IMG/VR virus record: IMGVR_UViG_3300008262_000047
Strand: one strand, 5' to 3'
Length of the DNA stretch: 64,000 nucleotides
Source: a virus
Shown here: piece after piece, positions 9,040 through 19,914 of the stretch
How the letters are laid out: the number at the start of each line of letters is the position of its first letter
How positions within the stretch are numbered: the stretch's first letter is position 1
Made by a program: the position numbers and the translations under genes
The notes under the pieces: generated by a model
Database searches by the model: none
The model's input: the letters and a program-made list of their open reading frames with translations, nothing else
Told to the model about the DNA's origin: nothing

Positions 9040-9650
9040 AAACTGTTACAATAGCACCTGAAAGAATCATTCAATGGATGAATGTTATTCGTAGCTATCA
9101 ACATGATTCTTCTAAACAATATCGTATTTTAGAAAATTTTTGGGAGAGCCAAATTAAAAGTAAGGTTTGGTTAGTGGAAAATCTTTGTAATACCAACACT
9201 AAAAATTTTTCAAACGTATACATATTCGGGGGATGGTACGGAATTCTATCACAAATGATAGTGGATACATATCCCCATGTGAAAGTTTTTTCTATTGACC
9301 AGGATCCTGAATGTACAGCAATAGGAGCTGCATTATGTAATCATGATTCTAGAATAAACTTTATCACAGAAAAAATGGAAAATTTTTCTGATTATAGCGA
9401 TGATTCTTTGGTAATTAATACTTCAGTTGAACACGTAAACCAAAAAATTCTTGATACCTGGTATAGAAAAATACCCAATAATACTGTTATTGCTTTGCAA
9501 AGCAATAACTATTTTGATTGTGATGAACATGTTAATTGTGTAGACACGTTGGAAGAATTTTATGCGCCGTTCATTCTAATGAATGTTCGTATGACTGGAT
9601 CTTTAGATTGTAAACAATTTACTCGTTTTATGATTATAGGTGTGAAGTGA
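9036..9650 (+). CDS. Class I SAM-dependent methyltransferase
   Basis: VYIFGGWYG motif I, SIDQD, VINTSVEH. Confidence 0.75.
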   Translation: MKTVTIAPERIIQWMNVIRSYQHDSSKQYRILENFWESQIKSKVWLVENLCNTNTKNFSNVYIFGGWYGILSQMIVDTYPHVKVFSIDQDPECTAIGAALCNHDSRINFITEKMENFSDYSDDSLVINTSVEHVNQKILDTWYRKIPNNTVIALQSNNYFDCDEHVNCVDTLEEFYAPFILMNVRMTGSLDCKQFTRFMIIGVK

Positions 9651-9685
9651 TTTTTTACTGTACAAACTTTTAAATATGTGCACTC

Positions 9686-11236
9686 ATGACTATAGAATAT
9701 CATAATAGCGCAGAAATAATGCGTGAAAAATTGAATGGTGTAAGTTCCTCAATGTGTCTTGCAAAATGGCTTCAGGTTTCTCTACATTTGCCTCAAGGAA
9801 GAACACAGAGTTGCTATCACCCGCCCACACATTCCATCCCGGTTGAACTTTTGAAAAAGAATCCGGGTGTGTTACATAATACACCTCAAAAAATTGAAGA
9901 ACGACGGATGATGATGGAGGGAAAACGTCCTGCTGGTTGTTCTTATTGTTGGAAAATGGAAGATGCACCCGGCGGAGGTGTAGAGGGGCATATGAGCGAC
10001 CGTCATTATAGAAGTAGTGAATGGTGGGCTGCACCTGTATTTGATGAGGTTGTGAAAAATGGGGCTGAATGGGATGTGTCGCCAAGATATGTTGAGGTAA
10101 ACTTCAATCAAGCCTGTAATTTCAAGTGTATGTACTGCAGCCCGCATTTAAGTACCACCTGGCATGATGAAGTCAAAACATTTGGTCCCTATGCATTGAA
10201 AAATTTTGAACACAATGATGTTAAGGCGTTAGAAAATATGAATTTGATGCCTTTGGACGTTGCACAGAAAGATAATCCGTATGTTCAGGCATTTTGGGAC
10301 TGGTGGCCACAAATTTATCATAATCTCCGTGTATTTCGAATGACGGGCGGCGAACCTTTAATGGATGCCAATACCTATAAGGTTCTAGACTATGTTAACA
10401 ATCACCCCCATGGACAGATAGAGTTATCCATTACTTCTAACATGTGTCCTCCGCGTCAAGAATTATTTGAAAAATTCATGAGCACAGTTAAAGACATGGA
10501 AACCATCCGTGTTTTTGAAGATACACACAACGTAAATCCTGAAACGAATAACAACTGGTATATTCAATCTGCCTTCAAACACTTCATGTTATTTGTGAGT
10601 TGTGATGGTTATGGTGAGCAAGCTGAGTATATGCGTCATGGTATGGAATTTCCAAGATTACTGAATAATGTGAGAACGTTTTTGAGAGAAACACGACATA
10701 CAAGTGTAAGTTTCATCAATACATTCAATATTCTCAGTATTCCTAGTTTGAAACAGTTTTTACAGATGATCCTAGACCTGCGCGAAGAATTTGGAGGTAA
10801 GCACCAACAAGATTATGTTGTAGAAGTTGCTCCCACACACGGTGTTGTACATCCTCCTTTTGTAAAAAAGAAATTTCAGAGAATTTGGTTTGATATTCCA
10901 GTTCTTCGATATCCCACATGGTTCATGATTCAAAATGCAGGACCGGAAGGTGTTGAAAAAATACAGGATATCATTAAATTCATGGAAGACAATGTTCAGG
11001 GTGAAGATTACTCCGAGACATTCACGGGATTCAAGCCATATGAAATTTTAAAGTTGAAGCGTAATCTAGCCTTGATGGAGGAAGGTATAGATAGTCAACA
11101 ACTTCGTGACAATAAAGAAAACTTTTATCGTTTCATTCAAGAACACGATAAGAGAAGAAATACAAATTTTGTGAAAACCTTCCCAGAATACGAACAATTC
11201 TTTTTAGAATGTAAACATGAGGCATACAATAGATGA
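9686..11236 (+). CDS. Radical SAM protein 1 with N-terminal twitch-like Cys domain
   Basis: CNFKCMYC, TGGEP, N-terminal C...CYH...CSYC. Confidence 0.9.
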   Translation: MTIEYHNSAEIMREKLNGVSSSMCLAKWLQVSLHLPQGRTQSCYHPPTHSIPVELLKKNPGVLHNTPQKIEERRMMMEGKRPAGCSYCWKMEDAPGGGVEGHMSDRHYRSSEWWAAPVFDEVVKNGAEWDVSPRYVEVNFNQACNFKCMYCSPHLSTTWHDEVKTFGPYALKNFEHNDVKALENMNLMPLDVAQKDNPYVQAFWDWWPQIYHNLRVFRMTGGEPLMDANTYKVLDYVNNHPHGQIELSITSNMCPPRQELFEKFMSTVKDMETIRVFEDTHNVNPETNNNWYIQSAFKHFMLFVSCDGYGEQAEYMRHGMEFPRLLNNVRTFLRETRHTSVSFINTFNILSIPSLKQFLQMILDLREEFGGKHQQDYVVEVAPTHGVVHPPFVKKKFQRIWFDIPVLRYPTWFMIQNAGPEGVEKIQDIIKFMEDNVQGEDYSETFTGFKPYEILKLKRNLALMEEGIDSQQLRDNKENFYRFIQEHDKRRNTNFVKTFPEYEQFFLECKHEAYNR

Positions 11237-12783
11237 CTAGACGTTCAGATGAAAACTTCTTAGAATTCAAGAAACGAATGATTGATAGTGTCAGCCCAAG
11301 TTTCTGTGCTGCCAAATGGTATAATGCAACCATTTGGTTGGGACATGGACAGACTACAAGTTGTCACCATCCTCCTGGTCATAACATTGATGTCGCAGAA
11401 TTGGAAGCAAATCCTTCTGCCATTCACAACACAAAACATAAAAAGCTAATGCGTAAGTACATGCAAGAAGGTACACGCCCAGCAGAATGTGAGTATTGTT
11501 GGAAGGTGGAAGATATCGGAAGAAACAATGTCTCTGACCGAGTATACAAAACAGAAATTTACAAGGATGCGGACATTCTTCGTGCCAGTACAATGAATTG
11601 GCAGGATGATGTTACGCTTCGTACACTAGAAATTTCTTTTGAACGGACTTGTAATTTTGCATGTTCATATTGTAACCCTGCCTTCTCAACAACCTGGGTG
11701 AAAGACATTAAAACTTTAGGTCCATATAGAAATATTGTAAGTGATGGACGAGGACATTTCATTGATGTTGCACCCTGGGCTCAAGGATATCGTCACGAGG
11801 ATGAGAATCCGTATGTCAAGGCATTTTGGCGTTGGTGGGAATCAGATTTGGCAGATAATCTTGAAGAAATCCGTATCACAGGCGGCGAACCTTTGATGGC
11901 ACCGTCAGTCTGGAAGTTATTTGATTGGTTCAAGCAAAATCCGGAACGTGGTAGAAATATGCGATTTGCCATGAACTCAAATCTTGTACCGAAAAAACAA
12001 GAAACACTGGACAAGTTGATTGAGGCTAGTCATCATGTACCTCGTTTTCAAATTTACACTTCAAATGAATCAGTGGGTAAACATTCCGAATATATTCGTG
12101 ATGGTATGAAATATGAGGAATGGAAGAACAACTTACATCGGTTAATTTCTGAGGGTAATCTTGAAAGTTTACATATGATGATGACCATTAACAGCCTGTG
12201 TTTATCATCAATCACAGAATTTATGGATGATATGTTTGAGTTCAAGAGAAAATATGGTCGTCAGTACATGAACATGTCATTAAACATTCTTCGTTTCCCA
12301 TCATTTCAAAGTGCAGCTGTACTGCCCAAAGACATGAAGGAGAAATTCCGTGATAAACTTCGAATTTGGCTTGATGCTGTTCTTGTGAAAGGAGAGAAGG
12401 ATATGAACGGTCTCACACTATTAAGCCCATGGGAGCAAGCTCATGTGGAGCGACTAATTGATTATCTTGATAGTGTTGACACACCACATAAAAATACTGC
12501 CGAGAAGGACATGTTGTATAATGATTTCAAAAATTTCTACTTACAATATGATGTGCGTCGAGGAAAAAATTTCCGTGAAACATTTCCGAAGGAATTTGTA
12601 GACTTCATTGATAGTATTGATGTTCCGGTGCCAACAGAAGATGAAATCAAGAATAATCGGTATCGTAAGGAATTAAATGTTATACATGACATGGCAGGAG
12701 ATCCTGCCACTACGGCAGGATATGATGAAGATACATCTCATGGATGGAATACCCTCAAGGATGAGTTAGGAGCCAATGAGTAA
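11233..12783 (+). CDS. Radical SAM protein 2 (N-twitch)
   Basis: CNFACSYC, TGGEP, C...CHH...CEYC. Confidence 0.9.
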   Translation: MTRRSDENFLEFKKRMIDSVSPSFCAAKWYNATIWLGHGQTTSCHHPPGHNIDVAELEANPSAIHNTKHKKLMRKYMQEGTRPAECEYCWKVEDIGRNNVSDRVYKTEIYKDADILRASTMNWQDDVTLRTLEISFERTCNFACSYCNPAFSTTWVKDIKTLGPYRNIVSDGRGHFIDVAPWAQGYRHEDENPYVKAFWRWWESDLADNLEEIRITGGEPLMAPSVWKLFDWFKQNPERGRNMRFAMNSNLVPKKQETLDKLIEASHHVPRFQIYTSNESVGKHSEYIRDGMKYEEWKNNLHRLISEGNLESLHMMMTINSLCLSSITEFMDDMFEFKRKYGRQYMNMSLNILRFPSFQSAAVLPKDMKEKFRDKLRIWLDAVLVKGEKDMNGLTLLSPWEQAHVERLIDYLDSVDTPHKNTAEKDMLYNDFKNFYLQYDVRRGKNFRETFPKEFVDFIDSIDVPVPTEDEIKNNRYRKELNVIHDMAGDPATTAGYDEDTSHGWNTLKDELGANE

Positions 12784-14164
12784 GATTCTTCCAATCTGGC
12801 AACATGGCCAGCTGGATCCTGAGAGTCCAAATAAAGTATTTTGTATGGCACCTTGGACACACACCTACATCTCCCCGCAAGGAGAACGTAGGTTGTGTTG
12901 TGCCAGCCGTGAGGAACATAGTTTTCAAAAACAATACATTGATGCATCAAATGATGAACGATATGGTGAAGTAAAAGAATCAAAAACATCAGCAGATGAT
13001 TTCAATCCTGTGTCACTTAAGGAACACTGGAATAGTGAGTACATGAAGGATATTCGTAAAAAACTCATGGCAGGTGAACGTATCCCTCAGTGTGATGTAT
13101 GTAACGATGACATTTTGAGTGTTAGTAGTTATCGTAAATGGTTCACGGGTGCGTTATTTCAACACAAGATTCAAGAGGCATTTACCAAGACGGATGAAAC
13201 AGGATTCACAACTATGGAACCCATTTCATTTGATTATCGGTACTCTAACATTTGTAATTTCAAATGTAGAATGTGTGGTGAACAGCTTAGTTCATCCTGG
13301 GAGGCTGAAAAGAAGAAACATGGGTTCTGGACACCTGAACACCAGCCCTTCATGATTCCTGAAGTCAAAGAGAAGATGCAGAAATTCCAGATTGATGTTG
13401 TGGAGCCTGAATTTCGTGATGCCATTTCTCGCGGCATTGTTGAGGAATGTTACTGGGTCGGAGGGGAACCGCTGATGTATGAGATACATTGGTGGGCATT
13501 GGAGGAAATGATTAAAAACGGTAGTGCAAAAAATTGTTATCTTCGATATAATAGCAATTTAAGTCGTGTGGAATACTATGGCAAGAACTTATATGACTAT
13601 CTCCCACAATTTAAAGATTGGTTGATGTGTGCCAGTATTGATGGCACGGGCGACATTGTTGAATATATTCGTAAAGGTATTAAATGGGATATATGGTTAA
13701 ACAATTTCAAACAAGGTTTACAAATTCCAGGTGGTCAAGATAGAATGTTGTTTGACTTGACTATTACAGGACCAGGCATGTTTGCATTAAAAGATTTGTT
13801 TGATTTATCATTGGAATTAAATGTGCGTATTGAAACAAAAATTATGTTTGCATTTCATCCCGATATTGTGTTGAGTCCTTTTGCATGGCCACGACATATT
13901 CTAGATAGAAAAATTGACGAACTATTGGCATATATGACACCTCGGGCAACAGGTAAAAGCTACTCACTAATAAACACGTTAAACGAGATGAAGAAGCGCC
14001 CGACCTTCCAGGAACAATTTTCAGATGCCGAAGAAAAATTCTTTAATGGAAGAAATTGGCATCGACAATTAGATAAAGTTCGCGGAGAACTATATACTAT
14101 CGAAGATATTTACAAACAGGATACAGAATTATATGACTGGTGGAATAGACAATCCGTACGGTAA
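12776..14164 (+). CDS. Radical SAM protein 3 (N-twitch)
   Basis: CNFKCRMC, VGGEP, C...CC...CDVC. Confidence 0.9.
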   Translation: MSKILPIWQHGQLDPESPNKVFCMAPWTHTYISPQGERRLCCASREEHSFQKQYIDASNDERYGEVKESKTSADDFNPVSLKEHWNSEYMKDIRKKLMAGERIPQCDVCNDDILSVSSYRKWFTGALFQHKIQEAFTKTDETGFTTMEPISFDYRYSNICNFKCRMCGEQLSSSWEAEKKKHGFWTPEHQPFMIPEVKEKMQKFQIDVVEPEFRDAISRGIVEECYWVGGEPLMYEIHWWALEEMIKNGSAKNCYLRYNSNLSRVEYYGKNLYDYLPQFKDWLMCASIDGTGDIVEYIRKGIKWDIWLNNFKQGLQIPGGQDRMLFDLTITGPGMFALKDLFDLSLELNVRIETKIMFAFHPDIVLSPFAWPRHILDRKIDELLAYMTPRATGKSYSLINTLNEMKKRPTFQEQFSDAEEKFFNGRNWHRQLDKVRGELYTIEDIYKQDTELYDWWNRQSVR

Positions 14165-15299
14165 AATTTGCTCATTGCCTTGGAAACATTTGGCCACACA
14201 TCCTCACGGTGGTTGTACATTGTGTTGCATTTCAGACCACACAGGTGGAGCAAGTCGAGCAAGAAATTTTCAAGGAGATAAGGTTGAGTGGCTTTCGTTA
14301 AACACGAACAGCATCAATGAAATCATGAATAGTGATTATTATCGTCAGGTTCGTTTAGAAATGTTAAACGGTGTTGAACCCGCTTCATGTAAACGCTGTT
14401 ATGATGATGAGCGCATGGGACTACGAAGTAAACGAATTGAAGAAAATGAGCGATATTTTTCTGATGATATTGTAGAACACACTAACTCTGACGGTACTAT
14501 TTCCCTTGACTTTGAATTCATCGAACTTCGCTTGGGTAATGTGTGTAATCTTCGATGCCGAACATGTAATCCTGCAAGTAGTACCAAATGGATACGCGAC
14601 CATAAAATGTTAGAACATAAACTTTCGTTCGTCACGAAATATGGAGATATTGAACGTGGCACATGGTATGAGAGTGATACCTTCTGGGATGATTTGCTAT
14701 CTCATTCACACAATGTTAAAAGAATATACATTAATGGAGGAGAACCCACATTAATTAAAAAACATTTTTCCTATCTTGAAAAACTCATTGAGACCGGATT
14801 AAATAATAATATTGAACTTTGGTACAATTTAAATCTCACTAATGTTGATGATGAATTATTAGCCTACTGGAAACAATTCAAGAAGTGTACTATAAGTGCA
14901 AGCATAGATGATTTGGGAGAAAGAAATGAATACATCAGAACCAATAGTGTGTGGGAAACAACGTTGGCAAATCTACGGAAATTAAAACAGGAATCCTGGA
15001 TAGAATTAAGTGTCGTACAAACTGTTAGCCTATATAATATTGAACATATAGCTGAATTTTATGATTTTATAGTTCATCAAGAAAAAATTCCAATACACAT
15101 AAACTGGGTTTATGATCCAGTATTTCAACAAGCATGGCATCTAGAAGAACATAAAAAGAGTGTTATAATAGAGCAGTGTCGGAACATCATGTACTCATGG
15201 GATTTCGATAATGTAAAAAATCATTTGTCAAAACCTAGTATAGAAAGTATGCGAGAAAAATTCATAACCTTTAACAGTGTATTAGATGAACATGTTTAA
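14133..15299 (+). CDS. Radical SAM protein 4 (N-twitch)
   Basis: CNLRCRTC, NGGEP, C...CC...CKRC. Confidence 0.9.
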   Translation: MTGGIDNPYGKICSLPWKHLATHPHGGCTLCCISDHTGGASRARNFQGDKVEWLSLNTNSINEIMNSDYYRQVRLEMLNGVEPASCKRCYDDERMGLRSKRIEENERYFSDDIVEHTNSDGTISLDFEFIELRLGNVCNLRCRTCNPASSTKWIRDHKMLEHKLSFVTKYGDIERGTWYESDTFWDDLLSHSHNVKRIYINGGEPTLIKKHFSYLEKLIETGLNNNIELWYNLNLTNVDDELLAYWKQFKKCTISASIDDLGERNEYIRTNSVWETTLANLRKLKQESWIELSVVQTVSLYNIEHIAEFYDFIVHQEKIPIHINWVYDPVFQQAWHLEEHKKSVIIEQCRNIMYSWDFDNVKNHLSKPSIESMREKFITFNSVLDEHV

Positions 15300-16524
15300 C
15301 AAAGAGCTATTAAAAGAAAGTAAAAGATTTTGTTTAATACCGTGGATACATATGCATACATGGCCTAACGGCAACACATACATGTGTTGTACATCTGACC
15401 CACAAACTCCGTTAGGGGTTCTTTCTAAAGAAAATTCTTTGAAGCATCTATGGAATTCACCTCAAATGAAAAAGAATCGTTTAGCAATGTTAAACGATGA
15501 ATATGTTCCTGAATGCAGCAGATGCTACGAGATAGAAGAATTTGGTGGTAATAGCCTTCGCACTGACATAACTCGTAATTTTTTCCATCACATTGATAAA
15601 GTAGATGAGACTTTAGAAGATGGCACAGTTGAGAAGATGAATCTTCCCTATGTTGATTTTAGATTTAGTAATTTTTGTAATTTACGGTGTAGAACATGTG
15701 GCCCTGAGCTTAGTAGTAAGTGGGCATTAGACCATAATACTCTTTTAGGCAAACCTGCGGGAAGTGTTGTTGTAACTAAACCCGATATTCCCAGGGAAAT
15801 TTTTTGGGAACAGATAGAAGAAATAATACCTACAATAGAAAGTGTGTATTTTGCTGGCGGTGAGCCCTTACTGATGGAAGAGCACTATAAATTTTTAAAT
15901 CTTTTAATTGAACACAACAAAACAAATATCAATCTGATATATAACACCAATTTATCTAATGTTGTATTTAAAAATACACATATCTGTGATTATTGGAAGA
16001 AATTTGATAAAGTTGTTGTACTAGCTTCTTTAGATTCATGGGGTCCCAGAGCGGAGTACATTAGAAAAGGACTGACTTGGTCCAAAGCAGAAAAAAATAT
16101 TCGTGATATTAAAACATTAACTCCACATGTCGAATTTATTATTGGTGTAACGTTGAGCGTTTTTAATTTTGCAACCTTAGTTGAGTACTATGATTACATG
16201 ATAGATAATAATTTTATTTCATATGATAATATGAATATAAACATTGTAACTGATCCTCTTTGGTATAAAGCAAATGTTGTTCCTTTAGATTTTCGTTTAC
16301 AGGTAGCAGAAAAATATCAGGAAAAAATTGACTTTCTCACGAAAAATAAACTTTGTGGTAAGACCATGTTAGATAGATGGGAATTGGCTAAAAATTATAT
16401 TACTGCTCCCTTTGACGCAGTAAATCATGAGCAGTTTATAAGCCTCACTAAACATCTAGATAAGATTAGAAAGGAATCTTTTACCTCTACATTTCCTGAA
16501 TTGAGTTTTATGTTTCATGAGTAA
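15286..16524 (+). CDS. Radical SAM protein 5 (N-twitch)
   Basis: CNLRCRTC, AGGEP, C...CC...CSRC. Confidence 0.9.
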   Translation: MNMFNKELLKESKRFCLIPWIHMHTWPNGNTYMCCTSDPQTPLGVLSKENSLKHLWNSPQMKKNRLAMLNDEYVPECSRCYEIEEFGGNSLRTDITRNFFHHIDKVDETLEDGTVEKMNLPYVDFRFSNFCNLRCRTCGPELSSKWALDHNTLLGKPAGSVVVTKPDIPREIFWEQIEEIIPTIESVYFAGGEPLLMEEHYKFLNLLIEHNKTNINLIYNTNLSNVVFKNTHICDYWKKFDKVVVLASLDSWGPRAEYIRKGLTWSKAEKNIRDIKTLTPHVEFIIGVTLSVFNFATLVEYYDYMIDNNFISYDNMNINIVTDPLWYKANVVPLDFRLQVAEKYQEKIDFLTKNKLCGKTMLDRWELAKNYITAPFDAVNHEQFISLTKHLDKIRKESFTSTFPELSFMFHE

Positions 16525-17680
16525 AACATTTTGTATTCTTCCATTTGTGCATTTAGAGGCACGGTCGGACAGTTTTGTTGCACCTTGCTGTATGAGTCAA
16601 GAATTTTATACAAAGGATACAGGAGAATTTTTTTCCCTTAGTAAAGACACCTTATCAGATGTATGGAATTCTTCTTCTATCCGAAATTTAAGAACTTCTC
16701 TATTAGAAGGTAAAAAACCCACTGCCTGTGCTGCCTGTTGGAAGGAAGAAGAATTTGGTAAAGAAAGTAAAAGAATACGTGAAAATAAAAGATGGAATAT
16801 AAATCACGAAACTTTTACACCAGAAAGAATTAACTCAGAAAATACTGTATGTGAGATAAAATTTCTTGACCTCAAATTAGGTAACACATGTAATTTAAAA
16901 TGTAGAATTTGTAGCCCAGGTAGTTCTAGTAATTGGGTAAAGGAACATAAGGATATATATGGTTCTGACATAGTTACTGATATTGGACAAAAAGTAAACG
17001 CAGATAGAAAGCAAGTAATGCAATGGCCTGATTATAATGAAAATTTTTGGACCGATTTGAATACTATATTACCTAATGTTGAGTTATTTGAAATATATGG
17101 GGGAGAACCTTTCTTAATCTCCCGCGGATATAGTAAAAAACAAAAGATACACTATAATACCAACGGAACTATTTTCCCTGAAATAGCTGTAAAGGAAATC
17201 TGGCCACATTTTGAGGATGTGGATATTATGCTAAGTATTGATGGAATCGGACCACAATTTGAGTATCAACGATATCCTGCCAAGTGGGATAGTGTTTTGA
17301 ATAACATTCAAAGATTTAAAAATGAATTTTCAGGAAGAACGCAAATTTGTCTAACCGTCAGTTCCATTAATGTATTTTATCTACCTGAGTATCTTGAATT
17401 TTTTCAATCACAAGAAATACCTGTTTGGTTAAACATTTTATATCACCCTGAGGTTCTTTCAATTGTAAATCTTTCTTCATTCGCTAAGGATAAAATTAGT
17501 GAGAAAATCAATAAGTACACGCATTTAAATACTGACCTTACTTCCGTATTAAATTTTATGAATGCTGAAGGTAAGAATCTAGAACAGGAATTCATTCACA
17601 AAATGAAAACTCATGATGAATACCGTAAACAAAATTATGCTTCTGTGTTTGAGGAATTTTCAAACATATTGACACTATGA
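16517..17680 (+). CDS. Radical SAM protein 6 (N-twitch), with an internal in-frame shortening
   Basis: CNLKCRIC, YGGEP, C...CC...CAAC. Confidence 0.88.
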   Translation: MSKTFCILPFVHLEARSDSFVAPCCMSQEFYTKDTGEFFSLSKDTLSDVWNSSSIRNLRTSLLEGKKPTACAACWKEEEFGKESKRIRENKRWNINHETFTPERINSENTVCEIKFLDLKLGNTCNLKCRICSPGSSSNWVKEHKDIYGSDIVTDIGQKVNADRKQVMQWPDYNENFWTDLNTILPNVELFEIYGGEPFLISRGYSKKQKIHYNTNGTIFPEIAVKEIWPHFEDVDIMLSIDGIGPQFEYQRYPAKWDSVLNNIQRFKNEFSGRTQICLTVSSINVFYLPEYLEFFQSQEIPVWLNILYHPEVLSIVNLSSFAKDKISEKINKYTHLNTDLTSVLNFMNAEGKNLEQEFIHKMKTHDEYRKQNYASVFEEFSNILTL

Positions 17681-18612
17681 AAAAGAAACTGTTAATAACG
17701 CTAGGATGTAGTTTTACCGAAGGAGTTGGTGCATACGATTTGAATAAAATTCCTTCTGTCCATCGTCCAAACAATATTGGAAATGATTTTGTTGTAGAGA
17801 GATACAAATTGTATAGACCAAGATTTCATATGCATAGTTGGTCTCGTTATTTACAAAAGAGTCTAAATTATGATGTGTTGATAAATTTGGGGTTAGGAGG
17901 TTCTAGTGATTCAAATGCAATTAAACGATTTATAGAAGTATTTGATGAAAATTCTTTATCTGAAAATTATGATGTATTAGTTGTATGGGGTCTTACTTTT
18001 CCTGAAAGAATATCATTCTATAAAGATGGTAAAAATGTTAGTATATTACCTGGGTATAAACATGGCGACACCAATCACTATTCACTCGGTGTCTCTTATA
18101 ATAATTTTACCCAAAATAATATATTGGATCATTTTCTAGAACAAATTTTCCATGTCAAAACCATGAGAAATTTATGTAACCGTTATAGTTTCAACTTCTT
18201 ATATTTTTCTATGTTTAATTTTAAAACGAATATTCCAACTAATCTTGCTGAACTACATACTAAATATTTTTCACACGATGAGTACTTAAATTCCTATCTT
18301 CCGGATTCAAATTTTTTGTTAAAAAATAATGAATATAAAAATATATCTGATGCTGATATCACAACTATGGATAAATTTAAAAGATTTTTCCCTTCTGTTG
18401 AAGAAATGTTTCGTGTAGGAATGTTATCACCTGTATGTGGTCATCCCAATGAATATGGATATAGATTCTTATCCCATAGATTATTTTCTATAATAGAACA
18501 AAAATTTCCACAATATGTAAATCATAACACTCCGGATTTTTTCAGTAGCCTATACTGGGGTGAACCTTCAACTTGGGTGGGTATTTTACCCTACCAACAA
18601 ACTATCAAATAG
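17677..18612 (+). CDS. SGNH/GDSL hydrolase-like protein
   Basis: LGCSFTEG, NLGLGGSS, GHPN. Confidence 0.65.
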   Translation: MKKKLLITLGCSFTEGVGAYDLNKIPSVHRPNNIGNDFVVERYKLYRPRFHMHSWSRYLQKSLNYDVLINLGLGGSSDSNAIKRFIEVFDENSLSENYDVLVVWGLTFPERISFYKDGKNVSILPGYKHGDTNHYSLGVSYNNFTQNNILDHFLEQIFHVKTMRNLCNRYSFNFLYFSMFNFKTNIPTNLAELHTKYFSHDEYLNSYLPDSNFLLKNNEYKNISDADITTMDKFKRFFPSVEEMFRVGMLSPVCGHPNEYGYRFLSHRLFSIIEQKFPQYVNHNTPDFFSSLYWGEPSTWVGILPYQQTIK

Positions 18613-18621
18613 ATTGTAAAA

Positions 18622-19914
18622 ATGCAAAAAGAGTTTAAAGTTTTTCCTATTAAAACTAATACAGCATGCCAGTTCAAATGGACCTGGAGTACATTATTTC
18701 TTTCTGAGGGGTCTTCCTCTAGTTGTCATCGCTGTCATGGGTGGGATGTGTCTGATGATATCCAAAACTTCCATAATCATCCGGATAAAATAAAGGATAG
18801 AGAAAAGATGTTGGCCGGTGAATGGCCTGGTAACGGCTGTGAATATTGTAAGACAATTGAAGATGCAGGGGGTGCCAGTGAAAGAACTTCTTTTATTAAT
18901 GATTTAGACCTTGTCCCTAAAGAATTGTTTGATGTTCCTGATGCCACTCACGTTACTCCTAGAATTCTGGAAGTATACTTCACCAATGTTTGTAATCAAA
19001 AGTGTGTTTATTGCTCGCCATTCTTCAGTTCATTAATTCAGAATGAAATTGAACGCTTTGGTCCCATTGAAGCTGAATATGACCTGATGGGATTCAAAAG
19101 TAGAGAAGGATATGAACATAGAAAAGAAGAATTCTGGAAGTGGATGGATAAACATTCTACCGACTTATATCATTTTCAAATTTTGGGCGGAGAACCTATG
19201 TACCAACCTGAATTTGAAGAATGTCTATCATTTTTTGAGGCTAGACAACATCCAAATACCAATTGGAAAATATTTAGTAACTTAAAGCATGATCCCGCAC
19301 AGTTTAAGAAAAAAATTGAACGTGTGGGTACATTAATTGATAGCGGAAAATTACAATCATTTGAAATTGTGTGTAGTATGGATTGTTGGGGCCCTGAAGC
19401 AGAGTTTGCTCGATATGGTATGAGTTTAGATGAGTGGAAAACTAACTTTGAAACACTAATGACTTCACCTCACGTTAGAGTTTCTGTCCATTCTACTATC
19501 ACGCCATTAACCTTGCCTACTATGGCAGAATTTTATAGTTTTTTAAATGACTGGAAAAAAACAAAATATATCAATTACGGTTGGAATATTGTTGTGACAC
19601 CATCATTTATGGACCCATGTATTATTGGCCATCATGCAACAAAATATTTTGATGACCTTATAGAACAAATACCTGTTGAGGAGTTCCCTAGAAAAAATTA
19701 TCTAGATGGTTTTAAGCAAAAGGTAGTGAAACATGACATTGATCCTGTTCGCCTACGTAAGTTGTGGGATTATTTGGATAAAATAGATGTTAGACGAGGA
19801 ACCGATTGGAAAGCAATTTATCCTTGGTTATATAACATTTGTGTTGAGCATGCAAAAGATATTAAACTCAACCATGTTGATAACATAGAACTGATTAGTT
19901 TGAAAAAGAAATGA
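18622..19914 (+). CDS. Radical SAM protein 7 (N-twitch)
   Basis: CNQKCVYC, LGGEP, C...CHRC...CEYC. Confidence 0.9.
   Translation: MQKEFKVFPIKTNTACQFKWTWSTLFLSEGSSSSCHRCHGWDVSDDIQNFHNHPDKIKDREKMLAGEWPGNGCEYCKTIEDAGGASERTSFINDLDLVPKELFDVPDATHVTPRILEVYFTNVCNQKCVYCSPFFSSLIQNEIERFGPIEAEYDLMGFKSREGYEHRKEEFWKWMDKHSTDLYHFQILGGEPMYQPEFEECLSFFEARQHPNTNWKIFSNLKHDPAQFKKKIERVGTLIDSGKLQSFEIVCSMDCWGPEAEFARYGMSLDEWKTNFETLMTSPHVRVSVHSTITPLTLPTMAEFYSFLNDWKKTKYINYGWNIVVTPSFMDPCIIGHHATKYFDDLIEQIPVEEFPRKNYLDGFKQKVVKHDIDPVRLRKLWDYLDKIDVRRGTDWKAIYPWLYNICVEHAKDIKLNHVDNIELISLKKK

Noticed and set aside
9686-19914. Radical SAMs as QueE, NrdG or viperin
   Set aside because: Too long, and each carries an extra N-terminal Cys cluster domain; partner genes are absent
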